The notes below the pieces were generated by a model. It worked only from the letters and a program-made list of their open reading frames with translations, was not told the DNA's origin and searched no databases. A stretch of 64,000 nucleotides of DNA from Azolla caroliniana (taxonomy: Eukaryota; Plantae; Polypodiophyta). The stretch is from the NCBI GenBank assembly GCA_043228905.1, contig JBHGNT010000008.1, positions 2,418,001 to 2,482,000 of the forward strand, written 5' to 3'. This document shows positions 1 to 11,800 of this stretch, piece by piece. The number at the start of each line of letters is the position of its first letter. Position 1 is the first letter of the stretch. A program made the translations under genes and the position numbers.

Positions 1-418
1 GGATAAAGAAATGAAAGATAGAAAGGAGAAAGAGAAAGAAGGGTGCCGATCCACCCGACCACCCCCGAGCGAAGGGATCGAGACGGACTCGAGCCTCGAT
101 CGGCGTCCCATACCACCGCCGTGGCGTCGAGTCGTACCTGGTGCTGGCGCGCTCGCTACAAGAGTTGACCCACCACACGAGCAGAGTCTCGATGTAGTCC
201 AAAGATGATCAAATGAGGGTAGCTAGGCCTCTTATTTATAGCGATACCCAAGGCCCCCAGGCAAGTTCACACTTGACCTAATGGGTTGTCTCAATCCCGA
301 GGATTAAAAGTAATCCTCCCCTTCTTTACACTCTCGTTTAACCCTCACACTTATCCACGTGTATAGAATACTACGGTAAATTCTTACCACGGGATATTAT
401 ATGGTCATGCCCGTAACA
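1..418 (-). repeat. 3' LTR of the outer element (runs about 37 bp past the window start)
   Basis: Minus strand reads PPT AAAGAGGGGGAG-TA-TGTTACGGGC. TATA box TATAAATA at 233-240 on the minus strand. Bases 1-303 are the reverse complement of 13174-13476. Confidence 0.9.
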
Positions 419-3092
419 TACTCCCCCTCTTTAAAACATTGCACTCTTGCAATGGAAAGTTAGGGAAGTTAGTTCTAAGAGTATTTTCGCGTTCCCATGT
501 GGCATCTTTTATTGATTTATCCATCCATTTTATTTTAAATTCTCGGATTTCTTTAGTACGTAATTTTTTTGTTTTAACATCGAGAATTCTTTCTGGTACA
601 TGTGGTTTAGAAGATAATTCTTTAGAAGTAACCAGAGTTTCAGTCGTAACTGTATTGTCGCCAGAACCTAGAAGTTCTTTTAGACGACTCACATGAAAGA
701 CTGGATGAATTCCGACACCATCGGGAAGAGCGAGACGATAGGCTGATGACCCAATGCGTTTGAGGACTGTAAAAGGTCCACAAAACCGTGGGGCTAACTT
801 AGCGCACTTACCCGTAGACAATGTCTTAGAATTGTGAGGTACACGTAAAAATACCTTCTGTCCAGGGTTGAATACACGAGGTTGCCTATGATGATCGGCA
901 TAAAAACGTGCTCTATCTTGAGCTGTTTTTATATTATCTCGTGCAATATGCAACATATCTTGCATATCCCGAAGAAAGTTTTGCGTACTTCGCAACTCAT
1001 CATGATGTATATTAACATCAATCGGGGCTCGTGGCTGAAAACCATACATCAACATAAAAGGACTATATCCCGTAGACGTATGCTTGGAGCTGTTATAAGC
1101 AAACTCCAAAATTGGGAGATAACGTTCCCATTTTGTTGGTTTTGCACCAACGTATGCTCGAAGCATGTCCTCAATAATTTGATTTACTCGTTCTGTCTGT
1201 CCATCGGATTGAGGATGATCCATGGAGCTCATGCTCAACGTAGTTTCTAACCTCTTAAAGACTTGTGTCCAGAAGTCACTAGTAAACTTTGGATCTCGAT
1301 CACTCACGATATCCATCGGTAACCCATAAAAACGAAACAATTCGTCAATGAATTGGTAAGCCAATTCAGGAGCTGTTACCGTGGTTTTAGTAGCAATAAA
1401 TCTGGCCATTTTAGTTAGTCGATCAACAACAACCCAGATGGCATCATGACCTTTTTGGGTGCGAGGAAGGCTAACAATAAAATCCATGGATATACTTTCC
1501 CACTTATTATTGGGAATGTCCAAGGGATGTAAAAGTCCTGCGGCTTTAAGTCGCTCGGCTTTGTTAACCTGACACTGGTGACATTTAGTCACATAGCTAT
1601 GTATGTCAGGACGCATCTTAGGCCAATAAAATTGAGTGGAGATAAGAACGAGTGTACGATGTATTCCAGGGTGCCCTGCTGAGGGTGCATCATGGCATTC
1701 AAAAAGAATCCTCTTTTTGACCTCGGGTAAATCTGGAACACAAACCTTCCCATTACAGTAGACAAATCGTTAGCAATGTGGAAGTATTCCTTCGAGGATG
1801 TGGTGGTGTCTGTTCCAGACTCAACTCTTGCCCAGTATTTTGTGAAATAACTGTCATCAGGATACTTTCCTCGAAGGTGATCATAAAGATCTGATGATAT
1901 TGCAGTGAAGCTAAGCATGTTAACTTCACGGATGAGACTTAGTGCATCAGCGACAATGTTCATGGAACCTTTACGATATCGTATGGAAAAATCAAAGTCC
2001 TGGATGAGATCAGCCCATCGTGCCTTACGACCTTTCAGGACTTGTTGGTCACAAAAATATTTCAAGGACTCGTGGTCCGTAGTTACCACAAAGTGATTTC
2101 CATAAAGATAATGGCGCCATGTTTTGAGCGCATGTATAACTGCAAATAATTCCTTTTCTTGAACGGTATACCGACATTGAGCAGAATCAAGTTTCTTACT
2201 CTCGAATGCTATTGCTTTACCATCTTGATACAAGACAGCACCTATAGCATAATCGCTTGCATCGGTTTCAACCTCAAAAGGTTTTGAAGGATCAGGTAAA
2301 AGAAGTGAAGGAGCCTTGCAAACCAGGGCCTTGAGTTCCTTAAAGGCAAGGTCTAGTGTAGCATTCCACACAATAGGTTTTGTAGACTTACGCGTTTGAC
2401 CTTTTAAAAGATCAGTAAACGGCGTCGTCAATTGGGAGTAATTACGAAGAGACTTTCGCAAAAACCCCACAAAACCAAGGAATGATCGAACTTCTCGAAT
2501 ATTCCGAAGAGTGGGCCAAAGCTTGATTTTCTCAATGCGAGAAGGATCAATTTCAACTCCTCGTTCGGTTATGAGATGTCCTAGATAAGTAATTGATTTC
2601 TTGAAGAACTCACATTTTGAGATCTTCGCATAAAACTGTTTGTCACGCAATGTTTGTAAAACAAAGCAGACATGTCTAGCATGTTCTTGTAATGTACGGC
2701 TATAAACTAAAATATCATCCAAGAAAATAACGACAAATTTTCCAAGTTGTTCTCGGAAAATGTCATTCATTTCTTGTTGAAAAATAGCCGGAGCATTGGT
2801 CAAACCAAAAGGCATAACCAAAAACTCGTAATGGCCATAGCGCGTACGAAATGCCGTTTTAGGAACATCGTCCTCACTTATTCGTATTTGATGGTAGCCA
2901 GTACGGAGATCAAGTTTCGTAAAATACCGAGCTCCCTAGAGACGGTCAATTAGATCGTCAGCCCGGGGCAATGGATACGAATTCTTGATCGTCACTTTAT
3001 TCAAGCGTCGGTAATTAATACACATACGCCATGTGCCCTCTTTCTTTTTAACCAAGAGAACTGGTGCACCCCATGGAGATTTACTATAACGT
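405..3092 (-). pseudogene. RT-RNaseH-integrase-chromodomain part of the outer polyprotein
   Basis: ORFs 2936-3092, 1589-2821 and 405-1616. In-frame TAG at 2936-2938 (DRL*GARYF) and a frameshift near 1760. The ORF reads through the PPT into the LTR. Confidence 0.92.
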
Positions 3093-3719
3093 TGTCGTGA
3101 AGAAAACCGTCCACGAGCGGAATCGGTGCACCGGAGCGTAGAAACCGACTCTTCATGCACGTGCGCCTTAAGTTGTATATAGGAGATCCTAGGTAGATTC
3201 GGTAGGTAGGGAGTAAAGGGGGAAACGGCTCCTTCCCTGCCTATAAAAGGAGGGAGACGAGGAGGGTAGGGGGATCGCGGAGAGTCGAGGACGAAGTGTT
3301 GTCGGTTTGCGTGCGAAGGCTTCTCTCTCTCTCTCTGGTTCGCAAACTCCATAGCTTCCTTCTGTGCAGGTTTCGGGAGGCTCGCGCTGCTCTGAGGAAT
3401 GCCCGAGTGCTTCCGGCAGCACCTCCAACCTGTTCCTGTCTTTCTGTGCGTTTACGAACAGGTATCGGCATCTGTCCGCCGCCCTGTTCGGTTGTAACCA
3501 ACTTCGTGTTTTAGTGACTCCGTGTTCTTGTCGTTTGTCTTGTCAATACATACATACTTTCGTGTCTTTCTGTGTCGCTGTCCCACTCGCGTCTTGCGTC
3601 GAAGGGCCGTGTCCCTGTGAGTCTACGCTCGCACGTAGTGGGTCTACCTCTCTTGCTCTTTGGTACAGGACCCCCGAGGTCCCGCCTCACTCCACGCATC
3701 CGCGAGTAATACCTCGACA
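3093..3719 (+). repeat. 5' LTR of the nested element (627 bp)
   Basis: Direct repeat of 9419-10051, with about 7 substitutions and a 6-bp (CT)n length difference. TATAAAA at 3242-3248. Confidence 0.97.
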
Positions 3720-3723
3720 TATT

Positions 3724-3741
3724 TGGTGAACCTGACGTGAA
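3724..3741 (+). promoter_or_regulatory. Primer-binding site, tRNA-Trp type
   Basis: TGGTGAACCTGACGTGAA lies 4 nt after the LTR. It is complementary, with one G:U pair, to the plant tRNA-Trp 3' end ...UUCACGUCGGGUUCACCA (tRNA sequence from recall). Confidence 0.75.
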
Positions 3742-3763
3742 AGAGGCGGCAGAAGAGCAGAAG

Positions 3764-5881
3764 ATGAGGGGGTCGGATCTCGCAGAGGCCATGGCTCCGG
3801 CCGTGGATCGGATATTGAGCACACGCGAGGGCACCGGTGCCCTCGACAGAGCCATTGAGGCGGTCGTCGGTACAATCGGCCGTTTCAGCAGAAAGGATGC
3901 TACGAAGTATTTGGCGTCCTACGGGGCGGAAATGCTGATGCGGGACATTCCGGAAGAGAGGCGTCTTGCCGGGTTCCCTCGAGTGGCGATGCCGAGCATC
4001 CATGCGGAGGTGCTCGAGGTACGGGCGGAGAGCCGTACCTGGGAGGAGTTCGAAGGCCGACTCCTAGAGAAATATGGGCTGGACGACGCGCTCCGGCTTT
4101 CGAAACGGGACTTCATGGAATGGGTGGAGTCCCCCGGCAAGGGAAGAAACGCGTCGGCACTCCTCCGGGAGTTCGAAGAACGCTTTGCGCGCCTTTCGGC
4201 GCTTGACCGAACCATTCTGGATACGAGCCGGGTCCTACTGTTCGTCAAGTCGGTGGACGAGCGGGACCGGGATCAAGTCGGCTCCTTGCTGGAAACTGAA
4301 GACGGGCTGACAACCGACTGGACCGCAGTTAAGAGAGTTTGTGGCCGTTTCGACAAACGGCGAGAATGGGCTGACAACGGGGCGGCCGGTGCGGGCTCTA
4401 TTACAGCAAGGAGGCTTGAACCGGCACCGCAAGTGCGAAGGGAAGAAACCCGGGAATGGCTCGAAACCGGTCCGGCTTCGACCAGCATGGTCAATGGCTC
4501 GTCCGGAGGAGCCGCGCTAGAGGAGTTGACGCGGGTGATAAAGGATCTCCAGATCGCCCAAACTCGAAGGGAAGGCGGCGAACCGGCTCGTGACCGACGG
4601 CCGGCAGCGGGGAACAGGTGCATGTGGTGCGACGAGGTCGGCCACATTCGGAAGGACTGCGGCGATTTCGCAGAGGCGTTGAGAAACCGGGTGGTGTACC
4701 TGTGGGAAGGCCGGGTGCACGCTGGCGACACCAGGAGGGCCCTGAGCCGAAATGACGGGCGAGGAGGTATGAAGAGACTGATGGAAGAGGCGGCGGCCCG
4801 ACACGTGGAGGCCATGCACTACTCGGCGTCGGCCGGTATTCGGGTCGGGGGCAGCGAGACCCGAAAGGAGAGCAAAGACGGTTTCTGGTCGGCAATGCTG
4901 GAAAGCCTCGCCGGCGCGCGACTGAGGAAAGATGAAACGGACCACGCTGAGAGACGGGTCCGGGAAATAACCGGGTGGAGCGATCCGGTCGAGGAGAAGA
5001 CGGGCTTCGTAGAAGCCGCTTGCCGGAACTACGAGGCTCTGGTAGAAGAAAAACGCGTGGGAAAAGCCGGGCCATCACAACGGTACGAGACCCGATTCGG
5101 GCAACGACGGAACGATGCCGGCGGGTCCAGCTCGCAAGATAACCCCAGGAAGGGCGGATACCGACTAGGGACGGAAATTGAAAGGACTACGGACCTACGG
5201 AAGGTCCTAGAGGAACGGATCCTCGACAGCAAGGTGGAGCTGTCATTACGGGAGGTGCTAGGGATCGCCAAGAAGGAGTTCCACGACTCCATTGTAGACT
5301 TGGTGAAACGGAAGAGACTGTCGACGGAGACGGAACCGGAAAAACCGGTGGAGGTGCGGACGACGCACATCGACGACTCGGCGCTGGAAGATGAGTGGGC
5401 GGAGAGCCACTATTCGAGGCCACACTGGGCCCGAGCAACCACGGAGACCCCGGTAAAAATCGGAGGTGTTCAGGAACCGGTGGTGGCGTTGGTGGACCAC
5501 GGTTCGGAAATAAACCTAATGTCCATGGACTTCTATAAGAAGGGAAAGTGGCCGATCAACACCAGGCACGGGTGGAAGATACGGGCGGCGACGCGCGCCA
5601 CCGAGGAACTGCATGGGGCCTGCCCGAACGTGCGAGTAAAGATCGGCGACGTCAAGATTGACCAGCACTTCTTTGTACAGGAGACGTCCTCGCATCCGGT
5701 CATATTAGGTGAACCATACATCACGGCGGCGAGAATGGAAACCAAGGTGCTGGACAACGGTTCGGCCTACGCGAGGGTCAAAAGCCAGGACGGGCGCCAT
5801 TCGGTGCAATTTTTGACGGTACGGCCGAACCACGAGAGAAACCGCGAATCCCTCGGTGGTGAGAGTCGGGAGGATTTTTAG
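3764..5881 (+). CDS. Nested element ORF1: gag plus aspartic protease
   Basis: Uninterrupted ORF of about 705 aa from the ATG at 3764. CCHC CMWCDEVGHIRKDC; protease ALVDHGSEINL...VILGEP. Confidence 0.9.
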   Translation: MRGSDLAEAMAPAVDRILSTREGTGALDRAIEAVVGTIGRFSRKDATKYLASYGAEMLMRDIPEERRLAGFPRVAMPSIHAEVLEVRAESRTWEEFEGRLLEKYGLDDALRLSKRDFMEWVESPGKGRNASALLREFEERFARLSALDRTILDTSRVLLFVKSVDERDRDQVGSLLETEDGLTTDWTAVKRVCGRFDKRREWADNGAAGAGSITARRLEPAPQVRREETREWLETGPASTSMVNGSSGGAALEELTRVIKDLQIAQTRREGGEPARDRRPAAGNRCMWCDEVGHIRKDCGDFAEALRNRVVYLWEGRVHAGDTRRALSRNDGRGGMKRLMEEAAARHVEAMHYSASAGIRVGGSETRKESKDGFWSAMLESLAGARLRKDETDHAERRVREITGWSDPVEEKTGFVEAACRNYEALVEEKRVGKAGPSQRYETRFGQRRNDAGGSSSQDNPRKGGYRLGTEIERTTDLRKVLEERILDSKVELSLREVLGIAKKEFHDSIVDLVKRKRLSTETEPEKPVEVRTTHIDDSALEDEWAESHYSRPHWARATTETPVKIGGVQEPVVALVDHGSEINLMSMDFYKKGKWPINTRHGWKIRAATRATEELHGACPNVRVKIGDVKIDQHFFVQETSSHPVILGEPYITAARMETKVLDNGSAYARVKSQDGRHSVQFLTVRPNHERNRESLGGESREDF

Positions 5882-5938
5882 AGAGGGCTGCCAAGGCGTG
5901 GGGCCGAGACAGCCCGGACACTCGGAAAAGACCCCACG
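5872..5938 (+). promoter_or_regulatory. Putative -1 programmed ribosomal frameshift signal
   Basis: G GAT TTT at 5872-5878 sits right before the ORF1 stop, then a 6-nt spacer. Stem GGGCTG(5885-5890)/CAGCCC(5910-5915); loop CGTGGGG(5897-5903) pairs with CCCCACG(5932-5938). The -1 frame is open into pol. Confidence 0.8.
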
Positions 5939-8900
5939 ACTGTACGATAGGTAGGGGATTTTGCTTCTCCGACAGCGGAGGGTGTATGATGGTCGGCATC
6001 GTTGGCGGAGAAAAGACAAGGGTGGAAGAGCGACTTCGAGCGTGCGGAGTTCTTGGCCCGGACGAGGAAATCAGCGGAGCCGTGGAGGCGGTCTCCTTCG
6101 ACGACACCTTGGGGATGCTGAGGAAGGTTGCCGGAGAAGACCTTAACGAAGACCGGACGATACCGGTATGTTCCGAAGAGATGTACGAAGTCATCGCGGA
6201 CTTCAGTCGGGGGCTCGGGTCGGATCGGACGGCCCGAGTTAGCACAAAGTACAAGACTGTGGACCGGAAGGTAAGGCCAGTCGCGGCACCCTTACCGGAG
6301 GGCAGCGAGTCCCGGATCAGAGGGGTTGTGTCGGACCCCAGTTTACGAGATCCGGCCGGCATAGGACACACCTTCACCGACGGGACGCTCCGGGAGCTCA
6401 AAATCGGTGGGGGCGGGTTCCTACTGCCGGCGGAGGAAGACTAGTTTCGGAGGATGCTCGGAAGGCACGGGAAAGCCTTCGCATTCTCACCGGAAGAGAT
6501 CGGGTGCGTAGACCCGACGATCGTGGAGCCGATGGTGATATTCACGGTACCGCATGTGCCGTGGAATCTCAAGCCGATTCCGGTACCGAGAGCTCACATC
6601 CCGAAGTTGATGGAGCTATTGAGGCAGAAGGTAGATATGGGCATTCTTGAACCGTCGAGTGCCCCATACTCGAACCGATGGTTTACCGTACCGAAGAAAA
6701 ACGGAACGTTGCGCTTCATTCAAGACCTGCAACCGGTCAACAGAGTGACCATTCGAAACGCAGGAATCGGACCGACCATAGACGAGTTCGCGGAGGCCTT
6801 TGCCGGAAGGTCGATTTACTCGGTCGGTGATCTGTACTCAGGGTACGACCAGTTCCAACTAGCCGTGGAGAGCAGAGACATTACGACGATGCGAACTCCC
6901 CTCGGCCTAGTGCGAATGTGTACCCTGCCGCAAGGAGGGACTAACTCGGTGGCTCACATGGTAAATGCAATGAACAAGGTACTAAGGGATTGCATCCCCG
7001 ACATCACCATGCCATTTCTGGACGACATCCCGATTAAGGGGTGCCCAGTGGAGGAGAAGGACGAGACGGTCGGGCCGGACGGATGCCGGCGATTCGTGGG
7101 GAAACACATCGACGACTGCGAAAAGGTGCCACAAAGGCTAGAGGATGCTAGGCTCACCTTCTCCGGGGAGAAATCGGCCTTCGGGCAATCGGAAATCCTG
7201 GTGGTCGGACACCTATGTGGGCCATATGGCCGGAAGCCGTCTCCGGCAAAGGTAGAAGCCATCTCCGCGATGAAGACCGACTGTAGCTCGGTTACGGAAG
7301 TCCGGAGGTTCCTGGGGGCATGCGCATTCTACCACATATGGATCCCGCATTACGCCCACGTTGCGGAGCCACTATACGGGTTGCTGAAGAAAGGGCAAAA
7401 ATTCGAATGGCAAGACGAGCATACGGAGTCGGTCCGGAAGCTGAAGGAAGCTCTTGCGGCAGCACCGGGGCTCCGGAAGGCTGTCTACGGGAAGGGCACC
7501 CCGGTATACATAACGGTGGATACGAGTCCGACCGGGATCGGATGGGTCGTCCACCAAGAAGACGAGGACGGCATTCGGTTCCCGATCCGATTCGGCGCGA
7601 AGGTCCTCAGTGAGCGACAGCGAGGGTACGCCCAGGTTAAACGTGAACTCTGGGGTATCGTTTCGGCAGTAAAGGCCGACAAAGACTACCTGATCGGGGC
7701 AGAAGTGATTATCGAGACGGATTGCCTGCCAATTCTCGGCATGGTTTCCGGATGCGCGACACCGGACCTGGCGATGCTCAGGTGGATAGCGTACATCAAG
7801 TCCCTGGACCCGGAGATATGACACATTTCCGGAAAAGACAACGCCATGGCCGACATGCTTTCGAGAGCGAGGTTTGATGACGAGGGCGGCATGGTTTCGG
7901 AGGACGAAGAAGTCGGTGTGGACTTCTTCGAGGCAGCATACGTAACGGCCGATGGGACGAGCACTCTGGCGCTTAACGACTTCGACGAGAGCATGTACGA
8001 CGGCGAGTGGCTCCAGATTGGTGGGTTTTTGAGGACGATGACGCCGGATGCGTCATGGACGAGGGACGAGGCAAACCGGATCCGGAAGAAAGCTTACCGA
8101 TTCTTTCTCCGGGACGGATACTTATGGAAGCACCCAAAGAAGAGGGACGGCGCTCCGCTCCGGGTGGTGGTGATGAAGGAAGAACAGGAGGAGCTGCTGA
8201 CGGCCTACCACGACAGCCCTTGGGCCGGACACCGTGGAACCTGGGCCACATTCGAGAAGATAAAGGGGAAGTACTGGTGGCCGGGACTGTACCGGGACGT
8301 GCATCGATTCGTGACAACTTGCGAGAGCTGTCAGATGCACTCCATAGTCCGACACCGGGACGAACTTCACCCTACGTACCCTCCGGCCATCCACTTCAAA
8401 TGGATGGTAGACCTGGTAACGATGCCGATGGGAGTAGGACAGATGCGGTATCTGGTCCTGGCTCGGGAAGATCTAACGAACCAGGTGGAAGGCCGGGCCC
8501 TTCAGAACAAAACGACTGCAGCCGTATGTAGGTTCCTGCTCGAGGACGTAATATGCCGGTACGGGTGCGTCGGGAAGATCGTGGCTGATCGCGGGGAGTT
8601 GGATGCCGAAGAGGCCGAGGAGCTGTTCGACCGGCTAGGAGTCAAGCTCTCGCTTACCACTGCGTACAATCCGGAGGCGAATGGAAAGGTGGAGCGCGGA
8701 CACGAACCGATCGTCAAGGCGTTAGTTCGGGCATGCGGAGGTCAAGTCGGGAACTGGCCGCGGCTGTTGCCTTACGCGCTGTGGGCGGACCGAACTACGC
8801 ACAGTTCGGTAACCGGATTCATGCCGGCAGAGCTGATGTTTGGGCAGAAGCCGATCATGCCGATCGAACGTACGGTCTCCTCATGGGCAACAGTGGACTG

Positions 8901-9345
8901 GAGAGACGAGATGAGCCGGGAGGAACTGTTGACGGCGCGCATACGACAGCTCGAGCGGAGACCGGAGGATGTGGAGCAGGCTGCGGAAAGGCTTCGGGTG
9001 GCCAGGACGAGGAACAAAGCCCGGTTCGACCGGACGCACCGGCTCCGACCGAAGAAGATCGAGGAAGGCGACTGGGTGCTAGTCTACGACAGCAGCCTTG
9101 ACAACCAGCACCGAGCGACACGGAAGTTCGCAAGAAGGTGGTTCGGGCCTTACGTGGTACAAAGCGCCAACGACAACGGGACGTACCATCTGGCGGAACT
9201 CGACGGTACGAGAATGGCGGTACCGGTAGCGGGGAAGCGGATCAAAGCGTTCAAGAAGCGTCACGACGACGAGCCGGATCCGGTTGACCTGGACCGCGAC
9301 GATGAACGATCCGAAACCGAGGAAGAACCGACGGGCGGGGAATGA
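5878..9345 (+). pseudogene. Nested element pol (RT-RNaseH-integrase) with two point nonsense mutations
   Basis: ORFs 5986-6444, 6454-7821 and 7846-9345 share one frame. Stops TAG 6442 and TGA 7819 look like CAG/CGA C-to-T changes. Motifs: GDLYSGYDQF, FLDDIPIKG, VDTSPTGIG, HHCC (H...GHRG...CESCQ), VDLV/ADRGE/GKVERGH, GPY. Confidence 0.92.
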
Positions 9346-9418
9346 AGGTTGGACAGGTTTTCTCCGTCCCAACACAATTTGGCGCATGCCGGTGGATGCA
9401 CGGTTAGGTGGGGGCGGA

Positions 9419-10051
9419 TGTCGTGAAGAAAACCGTCCACGAGCGGAATCGGTGCACCGGAGCGTAGAAACCGACTCTTCATGCACGTGCGCCTTAAGTT
9501 GTATATAGGAGATCCTAGGTAGATTCGGTAGGTAGGGAGTAAAGGGGGAAACGGCTCCTTCCCTGCCTATAAAAGGAGGGAGACGAGGAGGGTAGGGGGA
9601 TCGCGGAGAGTCAAGGACGAAGTGCTGTCGGTTTGCGTGCGAAGGCTTCTCTCTCTCTCTCTCTCTCTGGTTCGCAAACTCCATAGCTTCCTTCTGTGCA
9701 GGTTTCGGGAGGCTCACGCTGCTCTGAGGAATGCCCGAGTGCTTCCGGCAGCACCTCCAACCTGTTCCTGTCTTTCTGTGCATTTACGAACAGGTATCGG
9801 CATCTGTCCGCCGCCCTATTCGGTTGTAACCAACTTCGTGTTTTAGTGACTCCGTGTTCTTGTCGTTTGTCTTGTCAATACATACATACTTTCGTGTCTT
9901 TCTGTGTCGATGTCCCACTCGCGTCTTGCGTTGAAGGGCCGTGTCCCTGTGAGTCTACGCTCGCACGTAGTGGGTCTACCTCTCTTGCTCTTTGGTACAG
10001 GACCCCCGAGGTCCCGCCTCACTCCACGCATCCGCGAGTAATACCTCGACA
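9419..10051 (+). repeat. 3' LTR of the nested element (633 bp)
   Basis: Direct repeat of 3093-3719, preceded by a purine tract and followed by the TSD. Confidence 0.97.
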
Positions 10052-11800
10052 ACGTATATAACTCATTCGTAAATAGTCCTTGAGTTGCTTAGATACCTCA
10101 TCTTCTTCGAATCGACTTAAGCGATACGGAGGTATACTTATTGGTGCAACACCAGGTACAATATCTATACGATGGTCTATATTACGTTTAGGAGGTAACC
10201 CATCAGGTAGTTCACTTGGAAAAACATCATGAAAATCATTTAAGATTTCATCAAGTTGTTGTTGTTCAAAATATGTTAATTGAATCGGGACATTATCGAT
10301 ATTGTAAACGTGAATGTCCGGATCAAGTACACAATAAAATAACGTAGAACAAGACAACTCGGATATTGATGGACACGAGGAAACAATCGAGAGGGATTGT
10401 TTTTTTACACATTGAATAAAATGCGTACAATCGTTCAGTACAAAAGAAATGGAATGACGAACCCAATCAATAAATAAAGAAGAGTTTTTATTATAAAACC
10501 AGGGATAACCCAGTATTACATCGGTGGTACAAAGATTCATTACATGGAAGTCTACTTCCTCTATATAAGTATCAATAGAAATTCCTAATGAATGAATCGC
10601 CCCGTTGATGTATTGTACTCTTCCATCAGCCAAGTGCACCGTGTAGGTGTGATCACTTACGGTGGGTTGGATTCCCCATATCTGAACCAAACGATCATTC
10701 ACAAAATTGTGTGAGCTTCCCGAATCAAATAAAAATTGTACGGGAGATCCATTGATATACCCGTTTGCACGTAGTAAATCATTGGGACCCAATACATAGT
10801 GAGGGAAAGAACATTGACAATTACTTAAATGATGTGTATAGACCTGAAGGACATTAGGAATCTGACCTTTATGGTCTGCAACTTTAGCTTTGTTGTCGTG
10901 CTCTTTCCGTTGGAGCTTTCGACATTGATCTTTTGTATGACCCTTCTTTTTGCAGAATACACAAAAAGGATGTTGTCGCTTACAATCGCGATCCAGGAAT
11001 TCGTTGGGTGTCTTGCGTTTCCCAACAAATTGCGACTGCTTAGTCCCGGGCGCTTCGTTGGGTTTGTTATGGTCCTTCTTCGAAGTGCGTTGATAGCGAA
11101 GAACTATTTCAACGGCCTCTTCGAAGGATTTTGGATCCTTATCGTGCACTATCCAGTGATAGTCCGAATTGGGGATGCCATTGACAAAACAAGCTATCAA
11201 CCAATTGTCCCCTTCTAGACCCGATTTTTGGATTTGGGTTCTAGCATGGTGAACATAGTCTTCTAGCGAGGAAAATTTCCTGCTAGAGAGGTTCATTAAA
11301 GCTTGTGCTGCCTCGGTTCGAGTGGGAGGTTGCAGAAATTGACCCTTAAAAACCGTGACAAAATCTATCCAGGTATCGGGCAATTTCCCCATAGTACGAA
11401 GCCCACGCCACCAGGCGGCGGCCTTACCCCCGAGTTCTCGGCCGACATATGCAATCTTCGTACTATCTGGCGTGGGATAGAGCTCAAAATGAGACTCCCA
11501 TCGTCCCAGCCATGTGCAGATTGCTTCTTCGGTTCTTTCCTTTTTGTCTCCCGTAAATGGCTTAACGACAAATGATGGTTCGCCTTGTCGCTCATCAGGT
11601 CTATTAGTCTCACGTTGTAGACTAATGACACGTGCCTCAAGAGCACTCTGAGATTGCCGAAGTTCGGTCATCTGTTGAGCGGTGAAACTAAGGTATTGGG
11701 TTATTTGTGCCAAATACATCTCAGTGGACATTTGTCCAGGAGGATTCCCTTGAGTTCCTTCCGCTAGAGCGGATGACATGGGGTCGTTAATTTGAGCCAT
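10052..11800 (-). pseudogene. gag-protease-RT N-terminus of the outer polyprotein
   Basis: ORF 10019-11800 contains gag, CCHC knuckle, DSG protease and FPSELPDGLPPKR...IDHRI. Removing the nested element and one ACGT copy restores [22 protein letters not shown] in frame. Confidence 0.92.

Larger units (their letters stand above)
3093..10051 (+). mobile_element. Nested GC-rich full-length Ty3/Gypsy (non-chromovirus) LTR retrotransposon
   Basis: Two LTRs TGTCG...CGACA; ACGT TSD at 3089-3092 and 10052-10055; PBS at 3724-3741; PPT-like AGGTGGGGGCGGA at 9406-9418; order gag-PR / RT-RH-INT; no chromodomain. Confidence 0.97.

Noticed and set aside
11-208. Identical 65-aa ORFs at 11-208 (+) and 13269-13466 (-)
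   Set aside because: They are antisense ORFs inside the two LTR copies; their identity reflects the repeat, not a gene.
6442-7821. Stops TAG 6442 and TGA 7819 as programmed readthrough
   Set aside because: Both fit single C-to-T changes of CAG/CGA, and the second interrupts a conserved EIRHISGK-type motif. Decay is the simpler explanation.
3189-9846. Many overlapping and antisense ORFs in the nested element
   Set aside because: Expected shadow ORFs in GC-rich coding DNA; no recognisable motifs.
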